From: Betaproteobacteria bacterium
GTDB taxonomy: Bacteria > Pseudomonadota > Gammaproteobacteria > Burkholderiales > Ga0077523
Length of the DNA stretch: 64,000 bases
Assembly: GCA_025350245.1 (NCBI GenBank)
Contig: JANXYG010000052.1
Span: forward strand, 12,265 to 76,264
Direction of reading: 5' to 3'
Both the position numbers and the translations under genes were made by a program. A model generated the notes under the pieces. The model did no database searches. It was not told the origin of the DNA and saw only the letters and a list, made by a program, of their open reading frames with translations. Position 1 is the first letter of the stretch; the number at the start of each line of letters is the position of its first letter. Below, in pieces: positions 25,205 through 37,219 of this stretch.

Positions 25205-26530
25205 CTACAGGACGTTCTTCAGGACCTTGCCGTCCTTGGTGTGAAGCCCGTCGAACTTGCAGACGCCGCGCTCGGGGTAGATCACGAACGGATCGGGAGC
25301 GATGTGGGCGTCGGCCGCCTTGACGATCTTGAACTGGCCGTTGGCCTGGCACTGACCGATCTTGGGTTTCATGTAGAGGTGGCAGGTCTCGTCGAAATAG
25401 ACCAGGCCTTCGGGCGACACGTCGTCCTCGATGCGGATGCCGGGGGTGACGTCGCGGATCATGCGCGGCGTGATGGCCTCGACGCTGCCGGCCTTGGCCA
25501 GTGCCTTTTCGAACGCGTACTTGAAGGCCCAGACCGACAGGTAGGTCTCTTCCATGTTGTAGTGGGTCACGCCGCCCTTGCCGTACTTGCTGGCGAGGTA
25601 TTCCTCGACGAACTTCTTGTTGGTCGGCGTATCCAGGGTCTGGAAGTACGGTGCCGACAGGAAGTGACCGGCACCGAACTCGGCACCCATGGCGCGGGTT
25701 TCGATTTCACCGGTGGTCAGCGCGGCGATCGGCATCTTGTCGACCTTGAAGCCTTCCTGCTTGAACTGCTTGTGCAGGGCGATATCCGAGTCGCCGACCA
25801 CGGTGGAGAAGATGAAGTCGGGCTTGGTCTGGCGGATCTTGTTGAAGATGGACGAGAAGTCGGAGCCGCCGAGCTCGACGTACTCTTCTCCGAGCAGCTC
25901 GCCGCCGACCTTCTCCAGCCAGACCTTCGCATTCTTGTTCGATTCCTTCGGCCAGATGTAGTTGGAGCCGACGAAGTAGGTCTTCTTGCCGAAGCTCTTG
26001 ACCATGAACGGGATCAGGTCCTGCGAGTGCTGGTTCGCCAGCGGACCGGTGTTGACGATGTTCTGCGTGCACTCGCGACCTTCGTAGCAGGTCGGGTAGT
26101 ACAGCAGGTGGTCACGTGCCATCACGACCGGCGCCATCGCGCGGCGGCTCGCCGACGTGTAGCCGCCGAAGGTGGCGATCACGCGATCCTTCAGGATCAG
26201 CTGGCTGATCTTCTCGGAGAACACCTTGATGTCCGACTTGGCGTCGATGATCACCGGCTCGACCTGCATGCCGGCGATGCCGCCCGCCTTGTTGATCTTG
26301 TCGATCGCGAACTGAACAACCTGGTTCGAGTCGGTCTCGACCACGGCAAGGGCGCCGGTGAGGGAGAACAGCACGCCGACCTTGATCTTGTCGCCTTTCT
26401 TCACCCAGGGCGTCGACTGCGCCCCCGCGTCCTTCACGAAGAAGTACGGGAACCCTCCTAGTGATCCTGCGCCAGCGGTAGTGGCGATGGCGGTGCTGGT
26501 TTTGAGAAAGGTTCTCCGTTTTCCGTCCAT
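25205..26530 (-). CDS. Periplasmic substrate-binding protein of a urea/short-chain-amide ABC transporter (UrtA/FmdD-like), Tat-type signal
   Basis: 441 aa from the internal Met of ORF 25205..26581. MDGKRRTFLKTSTAIATTAGAG has a twin-Arg-like signal. Type-I PBP (Leu/Ile/Val-binding fold) pattern KIKVGVLFSLTGALA. AGGAGAG RBS. Confidence 0.8.
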   Translation of the reverse strand: MDGKRRTFLKTSTAIATTAGAGSLGGFPYFFVKDAGAQSTPWVKKGDKIKVGVLFSLTGALAVVETDSNQVVQFAIDKINKAGGIAGMQVEPVIIDAKSDIKVFSEKISQLILKDRVIATFGGYTSASRRAMAPVVMARDHLLYYPTCYEGRECTQNIVNTGPLANQHSQDLIPFMVKSFGKKTYFVGSNYIWPKESNKNAKVWLEKVGGELLGEEYVELGGSDFSSIFNKIRQTKPDFIFSTVVGDSDIALHKQFKQEGFKVDKMPIAALTTGEIETRAMGAEFGAGHFLSAPYFQTLDTPTNKKFVEEYLASKYGKGGVTHYNMEETYLSVWAFKYAFEKALAKAGSVEAITPRMIRDVTPGIRIEDDVSPEGLVYFDETCHLYMKPKIGQCQANGQFKIVKAADAHIAPDPFVIYPERGVCKFDGLHTKDGKVLKNVL

Positions 26531-26865
26531 GGTGGTGTCTCTCCTGAATAGGGTGTGGGAAGCGTGTTTCTTGCAGTGCACGCTTGTTTAACTAACGGCA
26601 ACTCGCATACCAACCACTGCCAGGAGGTAGAAACGAATAAATACAAAGACATAAGTTCCTATCTGCCCCCATCCCTTGCACTTGAACGGTGCGCGGCTCT
26701 ATTTTATGCACAAAAGTTTCCCCATAGGCAATATCTGTGTCCATAAAGAGCATCATGATGTTCGTGTAGAGAAACTTACGACCGCAGTGCTGCGTGACGT
26801 GACCTGGTTTCGGGTCTCGCCCGTTGCCAGCATTGCGTCGTGAGCCGTCGATCCAGGAGCGGGAA
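26531..26865. promoter_or_regulatory. AT-rich divergent control region between the amide-ABC/DMFase operon (-) and the hypothetical gene/regulator (+)
   Basis: The GC drop is visible by eye (e.g. aaacgaataaatacaaagacataagttcct). Contains a perfect 10-bp palindrome CATCATGATG (26751-26760), CGCAGCACTGCG (26783-26794), and a 5'-UTR inverted repeat AAGCGTG..CACGCTT (26560-26585). No promoter hexamers assigned with confidence. Confidence 0.5.
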
Positions 26866-27201
26866 ATGGTCTTCAGCGTGCAACAGATCAAGTACGAGTT
26901 CCTCGGCTACATCAAGGGCCTGGGTGGGCGGTTCGAGGACTGGTACGTGGGCGTCACGGACGATCCGGAGCAGGCGTTGTTTGCGCTCCACGGGATCGAG
27001 CGAAGTACCGATCCCTGGATCTACAAGCCGGCCCTGACGGCAAGGGCGAGTGCAACGGTGCTGAAGTACTTCAGGGAGATATTGAAGACCGATGGTGCTG
27101 ACCCGGGCCTCGTGCCCGACGAGGCGACCATCGTGTTTCTCTTCCGGAAGGGCGCCGGGACCATGCCGCCCATGTCGCCATCGGCCCGGCCAGTCGAGTG
27201 A
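26866..27201 (+). CDS. Hypothetical small protein (111 aa)
   Basis: Internal Met (MVFSVQQIKYEFLGYIKGLGG) of ORF 26824..27201, preceded by GGAGCGGGAA. WYVGVTDDPEQALFALHG faintly resembles a GIY-YIG 'YVGxT..H' core. Weak; no function assigned. Confidence 0.45.
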   Translation: MVFSVQQIKYEFLGYIKGLGGRFEDWYVGVTDDPEQALFALHGIERSTDPWIYKPALTARASATVLKYFREILKTDGADPGLVPDEATIVFLFRKGAGTMPPMSPSARPVE

Positions 27202-27469
27202 CGCCGGTATTCAGGCAGGTCGAAGATTGGCGCCATCAGTCCGCATGACGCATGGTGGTCATGCGCAGGCATCGAGTCGCTCTGGCGTAAGCTGGCTGGT
27301 CGGTGCGCTTGTGAGCCGGCTTCCGCTGGCCCTGAATGCCTCGCAGGTCCGATGTATCATGAAGTTTCCCGCGTTCGCTCCCAGTCGAGAGTCGGCCGAG
27401 CGGCATCATGCCGTTCGATGTGCGGGACCCTGAACCCGCTCCGTACGCAACTGCCCGCTCTCGAATTTC

Positions 27470-28150
27470 ATGACTGAGAATCCATCCCGCTCCGGCACCG
27501 CGAACAGTGCCGGGTCACGAGAGGCACCGAAAGTCGACACTCCCTCGGTCCCGCCTACTCGGGAAGGCAGCACCGGCTTGGAGCGCCATATCGGCCACGT
27601 GCTCAAGTCGCTGCGGCTGCAGCAGAAACTCACCATCGCCGACGTCGCGGCAGAAGCCCGCATCAGCCGGGGCATGCTCTCGAAGATCGAGAACGGCCAG
27701 TCCTCCGCCAGTCTGGAGACGCTCGCCAAGCTGTGCGACGTGCTGGGCGTTTCGCTCGGCCACCTGTTCAGGAACTACGACCGACCCGATGGCGGTGCCC
27801 AGCTGGTAAAGGACGATGCCGGCATGGAGGTCGTACGCCGGGGCACCAAGCGCGGCCACACCTATCAATTGCTCGCCTACGACAAGGGGCCGCGCAAGAG
27901 TTTCGAGCCGTTCCTCATCTCGATGGATGACAGCAGCGAGATCTTCCAGAGCTTCGAGCACCCCGGCACGGAGTTCATCTACATGCTCACCGGCAGGATC
28001 GACTATCGCCATGGGCAGCACACCTATGTGCTCGAACCGGGCGATGCGCTCACGTTCCGTGGCGAGGTCCCACACGGACCAGAGAAGCTCCTGGAAGTCC
28101 CGATCAGGTTCCTGTCCGTGATCGTCTACAGCGAGCCGGGCGACGGCTGA
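27470..28150 (+). CDS. XRE-family HTH plus cupin-domain transcriptional regulator (paralog 2, with an about 35 aa N-terminal extension)
   Basis: 226 aa. The HTH is LTIADVAAEARISRGMLSKIENG; the cupin is HPGTEFIYMLTGRIDYRHG..GEVPHGPEKLLEVPI. Collinear with the 15713..16306 product. Confidence 0.8.
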   Translation: MTENPSRSGTANSAGSREAPKVDTPSVPPTREGSTGLERHIGHVLKSLRLQQKLTIADVAAEARISRGMLSKIENGQSSASLETLAKLCDVLGVSLGHLFRNYDRPDGGAQLVKDDAGMEVVRRGTKRGHTYQLLAYDKGPRKSFEPFLISMDDSSEIFQSFEHPGTEFIYMLTGRIDYRHGQHTYVLEPGDALTFRGEVPHGPEKLLEVPIRFLSVIVYSEPGDG

Positions 28151-28240
28151 GCGGACACCCACCCCCAGCCAGAGCGCGTTCGGATTCCACACCTTGGCGC
28201 GGGTGGCGCTCGGGACTGACCTGCGCCGCAACCACAAAGG

Positions 28241-28271
28241 AAAACGGGCGCCGCGAGGCGCCCGTTTTTTT
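28241..28271. terminator. Bidirectional intrinsic terminator between regulator 2 (+) and amtB (-)
   Basis: AAAACGGGCGCC-GCGA-GGCGCCCGTTTTTTT: a 9-bp GC stem and a tetraloop, with an A-tract upstream and a 7-T tract downstream. Confidence 0.85.
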
Positions 28272-28317
28272 GCCCCCGAGTACCGCCCCGGAAGGCGGCA
28301 TCGAGTTCGATCTTCGA

Positions 28318-29832
28318 CTACATGTGATACGCGGTTTCGCCGTGCTCGGTGACATCGAGACCTTCGCGTTCCTTCTCTTCGGTCACCCGCAGGCCGACCA
28401 CCAGATCGGTGATCTTGTACGCGATGAACGCGACCACGCCCGACCAGATCAGCGTGGTGCCGACTCCCCAGGCCTGGGACACAAGCTGCGTTGCCATCGA
28501 GAAGTCCGGATCGTACTTGTTCGCGACATAGTCGTACACGCCGGTGCCGCCGAGTGACGGCGAGCAAAACACGCCAGTGAGCATGGCGCCCAGGATGCCG
28601 CCGGTGCAGTGCACACCGAAGACGTCGAGCGAGTCGTCGTAGCCGAACATCCGCTTGAGCGACGTGACCGACCAGAGGCAGACCAGGCCAGCGAGGATCC
28701 CGATCACGATCGAGCCCATCGGGCCGACGTAACCGCAGGCCGGCGTGATGGCGACCAGACCGGCAACCGCACCGGAAGCGATGCCGAGCATCGACGGCTT
28801 GCCCTTCAGGCCCCACTCGGCAAACATCCACGCCAGCGCCGCCGCAGCGGTAGCGAGCATGGTGTTGACGAACACCATCGCGGCGAAGCCCGTGGACTCG
28901 AGGTTGGAACCGACGTTGAAGCCGAACCAGCCCACCCACAGCAGGGACGCGCCGATCATGGTCATGGTCAGCGAGTGCGGCGGCATCGGCTCCTTGCCGA
29001 AGCCGATGCGCTTGCCGATCAGGAGACAGCCCACCAGGCCCGCGATACCGGCATTGATGTGCACCACCGTTCCGCCCGCGAAGTCGAGCGCACCCTTCTG
29101 CGAGAGGAAGCCGGCAGTGGCGATTGCCGCTTTGGCAGCCTTGGCATCGGTGAAGGCATCCGGACCCGCCCAGTACCACACCATGTGCGCGATCGGCAGG
29201 TAGGAGAACGTGAACCACAGCACCATGAACATCAGCACTGCCGAAAACTTCACGCGCTCGGCAAAAGCGCCGATGATCAGCGCTGGCGTGATCGCGGCAA
29301 AGGTCAGCTGGAACGCGATGTAGATGTACTCCGGGATCACGACGCCCTTGCTGAAGGTCGCGACATTGGAGTCAGGTGTGACACCAGCCAGGAACGCCCG
29401 CGAGAATCCGCCGAAGAACGCGTTGCCTTCCGTGAATGCCAATGAATAGCCGTAGATCGCCCACAGGATCGCGAGCAGCGAGAAGGTGGCGAATACCTGC
29501 ATCAGCACCGACAGCATATTCTTGGTGCGCACCATGCCGCCATAGAACAGCGCCAGCCCGGGAATCGTCATCAGGATGACCAGCACCGTGGCGACGATCA
29601 TCCATGCGGTGTCACCCTTGTTGGGCACGGGCGCCGGTGCGGCTGCAGGCGCTGCGGCCGCGGGAGCTGCCGCAGCCGGCGCAGCATCCGCGGGTATCGC
29701 CGCGTCGGCGGCGGGAGCGGTAGCTGGAGCTGTGACCGCAGCTCCAGCTGTCGGCTTGTCGTCCGCGAACCCCGGCGTGCCGAAACCGAAGGCCGCCAGC
29801 AGCGCGAACAAAGTCAGGATTTTCTTCATCAA
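28318..29832 (-). CDS. amtB: Ammonium transporter
   Basis: 504 aa. Signal peptide plus an Ala/Pro-rich linker, then the Amt core (DFAGGTVVHINAGIAGL, GVHCTGGILG). Directly downstream of glnK. Confidence 0.95.
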   Translation of the reverse strand: MMKKILTLFALLAAFGFGTPGFADDKPTAGAAVTAPATAPAADAAIPADAAPAAAAPAAAAPAAAPAPVPNKGDTAWMIVATVLVILMTIPGLALFYGGMVRTKNMLSVLMQVFATFSLLAILWAIYGYSLAFTEGNAFFGGFSRAFLAGVTPDSNVATFSKGVVIPEYIYIAFQLTFAAITPALIIGAFAERVKFSAVLMFMVLWFTFSYLPIAHMVWYWAGPDAFTDAKAAKAAIATAGFLSQKGALDFAGGTVVHINAGIAGLVGCLLIGKRIGFGKEPMPPHSLTMTMIGASLLWVGWFGFNVGSNLESTGFAAMVFVNTMLATAAAALAWMFAEWGLKGKPSMLGIASGAVAGLVAITPACGYVGPMGSIVIGILAGLVCLWSVTSLKRMFGYDDSLDVFGVHCTGGILGAMLTGVFCSPSLGGTGVYDYVANKYDPDFSMATQLVSQAWGVGTTLIWSGVVAFIAYKITDLVVGLRVTEEKEREGLDVTEHGETAYHM

Positions 29833-29843
29833 GTTCCCCTTGG

Positions 29844-30254
<411 letters not shown>

Positions 30255-31157
30255 TCAGAACGCTTTGGTGGCGGAGACGAAAAACACGTTGTCGCCGACA
30301 TTGCTGCCGAACTTGTTGCCCCAGACGGCGGTGGTGAGGCCGGTGCTGCCTACGACGGTCTTGTCGGCGGTACTGCCCCAGTAATAGGCGCCGAAGGTGA
30401 AGCCGAGCCAGTCCTTGGTGATGCCGATCTTGTAGTCGACGGCGTCGTACATGTCGTTCTTCTGGCCTACACCGCCGTTGGCGGTCTTCAGGTAATCGGC
30501 CGTGCCGCTCCATTTCCAGGTGCCGACGCCGCCGACGATGCTGAAACCCGTGTCGCCGATCGGCACGGTGGCGCCGAGGTTGAAGTAGTACGAGCCGCGC
30601 GCATCGGGGATCATGAACACGCCTTCGGAGATGGCGTAATACAGCTTGGCGGTGATCCACTTCCAGCCGACGGCGCCGTAGATTTCAGCGGTGTTGCCGC
30701 TCTTCAGTCCGCGCGTTGCCTGAAGCTTGTACTCCCCAGGATACCAGTAGTAGACCGCGCCGACATCATAGGAAAAGTCTTCCATGAACTTATTGCGGAA
30801 GCCGGCGTAGAGGTCGATCTCGAGGCTGGCGCTGATGGTGTTGCCGCCGCCGTATACCGCCGGATTGACGCCCGGAGCTGCCGCTTCCCAGGCATCACTC
30901 AGCCAGCTCACATTGGAGCCGAACAGGCCCGCATAGAAACCACTGTTGTGGCCGAACTCGACGGTGCCCTGGATGGCGGGCTTGTTATTCGTCTGGGTGA
31001 GGCCACGAACAACGTAATCGCTGAGAAAAGTCACGTTGCCGGCAATGGTGTACGGCGACGCGGGAGCCGCCGCCGGTGCGGTGTCGTCCGCGAACGCAGC
31101 TGCGGCAGCCAGTCCGAGGCTTGCAAGCGCAGCGGTCAGGACGTTCGGGTTCAACAT
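30255..31157 (-). CDS. Putative outer-membrane beta-barrel porin (TorF/TIGR02001-like), first gene of the glnK-amtB operon
   Basis: 300 aa from the internal Met of ORF 30255..31337. Signal peptide MLNPNVLTAALASLGLAAAAAFA, alternating aromatic/Gly strands and a C-terminal ..SATKAF. Confidence 0.6.
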   Translation of the reverse strand: MLNPNVLTAALASLGLAAAAAFADDTAPAAAPASPYTIAGNVTFLSDYVVRGLTQTNNKPAIQGTVEFGHNSGFYAGLFGSNVSWLSDAWEAAAPGVNPAVYGGGNTISASLEIDLYAGFRNKFMEDFSYDVGAVYYWYPGEYKLQATRGLKSGNTAEIYGAVGWKWITAKLYYAISEGVFMIPDARGSYYFNLGATVPIGDTGFSIVGGVGTWKWSGTADYLKTANGGVGQKNDMYDAVDYKIGITKDWLGFTFGAYYWGSTADKTVVGSTGLTTAVWGNKFGSNVGDNVFFVSATKAF

Positions 31158-31224
31158 GGTGGGTGTCCTCTCTGAAGGGCGGTTGGAAGAAGCACGGAGA
31201 AGAGAAACTCTGCAAACGCCAGTC

Positions 31225-31240
31225 TGCAATTTAAGTGCCA
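31225..31240 (-). promoter_or_regulatory. Sigma54 (-24/-12) promoter for porin-glnK-amtB
   Basis: The sense strand reads TGGCACTTAAATTGCA, an exact fit to TGGCAC-N5-TTGCA, about 68 nt upstream of the porin ATG. The nitrogen-regulated context fits. Confidence 0.8.
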
Positions 31241-31412
31241 TAAGTAATAAACATTTGAAACAATAACTTACGGTACATTTTTTGGAGCGAAGACAGCTTT
31301 CTGCACCACAACCGGGCGGGTGATGGAGGTGACGCACTCAATAGGGGCGCGGCTCTTCCTGAGCGCGCCTTTGCTACACTTGCCGCATCGAAGGTTCGGG
31401 AGGAATGCAGCC

Positions 31413-31658
31413 ATGTCGCCATCGTCCATGCTCGATGATCTTGCCAGTCGTCTGCGTGCCTTCGCCGCCGATTCACCGGCGGCGGACTTCGAGCGCAATG
31501 CCCGCGCAATGCTGGGCAACATGTTCAGCCGGCTCGATCTGGTCACGCGCGAGGAGTTCGATGCCCAGGCGCGGGTGCTCGCGCAGACCCGGTCACAGCT
31601 CGATCGGCTCGAACAGCGCCTCGCCGCTCTCGAAGCGCCGCCCGATCCCGGCGTCTGA
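31413..31658 (+). CDS. ubiK: UbiK/YqiC (BMFP) family accessory factor
   Basis: 81 aa from the internal Met of ORF 31320..31658, with a GGGAGG RBS. Coiled-coil LDLVTREEFDAQARVLAQTRSQLDRLEQRLAALE is typical of the family. Confidence 0.6.
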   Translation: MSPSSMLDDLASRLRAFAADSPAADFERNARAMLGNMFSRLDLVTREEFDAQARVLAQTRSQLDRLEQRLAALEAPPDPGV

Positions 31659-31686
31659 TCCCCGGGCGGTTGCAGGCTGCCGGCCG

Positions 31687-33210
31687 ATGAGCGTTGCGGT
31701 AGTACGCAGTCGTGCTCTTGCGGGCATGGACGCACCCGAGGTCGAAGTCGAGGTTCATCTCTCCAACGGACTGCCGAGCTTCACCATCGTCGGTCTGCCC
31801 GAAACCGAGGTCAAGGAGGCCAAAGACCGGGTCCGCGCCGCGATCATCAACTGCCGGTTCGAGTTTCCGGCGCGCCGCATCACCGTCAACCTTGCCCCGG
31901 CCGATCTGCCCAAGGAAAGCGGGCGTTTCGACCTCCCGATCGCCATCGGCATCCTCGCGGCATCCCGTCAGGTCTCGGGCAATCTCCTTCCCACCATGGA
32001 GTTCGCCGGTGAGTTGGCGCTCACCGGAATGCTGCGCCCGGTTCGTGGGGCGCTGGCGATGACCTACCAGGCCCATGCCGGCGGGCGTGCTTTTGTCGTG
32101 CCGATGGAGAGCGTAGCCGAGGCCGCGCTGGTCAGTGGCGCCGAGGTGTTCGGCGCCGCCAACCTCCTCGAAGTCTGTGCACACCTCAATGGCGACGTGC
32201 CGCTCGCCCGTGCGCCGGGTTGCCCTGAACCTGAATCGCCGCGCTATCCCGATTTGACCGACGTCAAGGGCCAGGCACAGGCACGCCGGGCCCTGGAGGT
32301 TGCCGCAGCTGGCGGCCACAGCCTGTTGATGATGGGTCCGCCGGGCACCGGCAAGACCATGCTGGCCGAGCGGTTCCCGGGCATCCTGCCGAGCATGAGT
32401 GCGGACGAAGCGCTCGCGTCGGCGGCAATGCAGTCGCTGGCCCATGGTGGCTTTGACGTTCGGCGCTGGAAGCAGCGGCCCTATCGGGCGCCTCATCACA
32501 CGGCCTCGGCGGTCGCCCTGGTCGGGGGCGGCAGCATTCCCCGTCCCGGAGAAATCTCGATGGCCATGCATGGCGTGTTGTTCCTCGATGAGCTGCCGGA
32601 GTTCGACCGGCATGTTCTCGAAGTCCTGCGGGAGCCCCTGGAGTCGGGGCGCATCAGCGTGTCGCGTGCGGCGCGACAAGTCGAATTTCCGGCACGGTTC
32701 CAGTTGGTGGCGGCAATGAACCCTTGTCCGTGCGGCTATCTCGGTCATCCGGCCAATCGCTGCCAGTGCACCCCCGATCAGGTTGCCCGCTATCGCAATC
32801 GCGTTTCCGGACCTTTGCTCGATCGTATCGATATCCAGATCGAGGTCCCGGCGGTGCCGGAGGAAGACCTCGTTGGCCGAACGTCGGCCGCGGAATCGAG
32901 CGCCGCGGTGCGCAATCGGGTCGAGGCAGCGGCGCGAGTCCAGATCGAGCGCCAAGGCATGAGCAATGCGCGCCTCGATCCCGGAGCGGTTGACGAAATC
33001 TGTGCGCCGGATGCCGCCGCCCAGGCCCTGCTTCGCGCCGCGATCGGGCGATTGGGTCTTTCGGCCCGGGCCTACCATCGAATCCTCAAGGTCGCCCGGA
33101 CCATTGCCGATCTTGCAGGAGTGTCGCGGGTCCAATCCGCACAGGTGGCCGAGGCCATTCAATACCGGCGGCTCACCGGTATGCGGCCTGCGATGTCGGC
33201 CCGCGATTGA
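31687..33210 (+). CDS. yifB: YifB/ComM family Mg-chelatase-like AAA+ ATPase
   Basis: 507 aa from the internal Met (MSVAVVRSRALAG) of ORF 31405..33210. Walker A GPPGTGKTMLA, Walker B VLFLDELPEF, and Cys cluster NPCPCGYLGHPANRCQC. Confidence 0.9.
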   Translation: MSVAVVRSRALAGMDAPEVEVEVHLSNGLPSFTIVGLPETEVKEAKDRVRAAIINCRFEFPARRITVNLAPADLPKESGRFDLPIAIGILAASRQVSGNLLPTMEFAGELALTGMLRPVRGALAMTYQAHAGGRAFVVPMESVAEAALVSGAEVFGAANLLEVCAHLNGDVPLARAPGCPEPESPRYPDLTDVKGQAQARRALEVAAAGGHSLLMMGPPGTGKTMLAERFPGILPSMSADEALASAAMQSLAHGGFDVRRWKQRPYRAPHHTASAVALVGGGSIPRPGEISMAMHGVLFLDELPEFDRHVLEVLREPLESGRISVSRAARQVEFPARFQLVAAMNPCPCGYLGHPANRCQCTPDQVARYRNRVSGPLLDRIDIQIEVPAVPEEDLVGRTSAAESSAAVRNRVEAAARVQIERQGMSNARLDPGAVDEICAPDAAAQALLRAAIGRLGLSARAYHRILKVARTIADLAGVSRVQSAQVAEAIQYRRLTGMRPAMSARD

Positions 33211-33302
33211 CACGTAACAGGCGCCTCGGTACCTTCCTTGCTTTCCGCGCCGTTTTGACCGCAGCTTGCGGGCGCGTAACAAATACCGCTAAAGCGCTCG
33301 GA

Positions 33303-33340
33303 AACCCGACCGCTTTCAGCGCCCCGGGTTTTTTCTTTTC
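33303..33340 (+). terminator. Possible weak terminator after yifB
   Basis: AAACCCG..16-nt loop..CGGGTTT followed by TTTTCTTTTC. The large loop makes it only a weak candidate. Confidence 0.3.
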
Positions 33341-33354
33341 AGGGACCACATTCC

Positions 33355-37104
<3,750 letters not shown>

Positions 37105-37219
37105 GTTGACGCCCACCCCCAGGCTGCGCTGCGCTGCGCCTTCCCCCTCGAGGGGGCGCCCCGTCCTCGGGGGGGCCCTGTGGGCGGGGTCCCTTCGTTT
37201 CGGATGTTTCCTTCGTTCA
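37105..37219 (+). repeat. Structured intergenic repeat, family A, first of a tandem pair
   Basis: The metH stop and leader TGAGTTGAC are followed by GCCCACCCCCAGGCTGCGCTGCGCTGCGCCTTCCCCCTCGAGGGGGCGCCCCGTCCTCGGGGGGGCCCTGTGGGCGGGGTCCCTTCGTTTCGGATGTTTCCTTCGTTCA. Confidence 0.9.

Noticed and set aside
26725-26741. Sigma54-like sequence TGGACACAGATATTGCC (minus strand) upstream of the amide-ABC/DMFase operon
   Set aside because: The GG-to-GC spacing is one nucleotide too long relative to TGGCAC-N5-TTGC, and the -24 element is imperfect. Not called.
16307-27469. The DMF locus as a recently acquired genomic island or mobile element
   Set aside because: There is no integrase, transposase, flanking direct repeats or adjacent tRNA. 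GC content and GC3-rich codon usage look like those of the flanks; only the promoter region is AT-rich. Horizontal origin remains possible but is not supported by this window alone.
33211-33354. A possible SAH or cobalamin riboswitch in the metH leader
   Set aside because: I could not find the conserved SAH-riboswitch core (GAGGAGCGCUGC..CAGGCUCGG) or a B12 box. I saw only a weak hairpin with a T-run, which is better explained as the yifB terminator.
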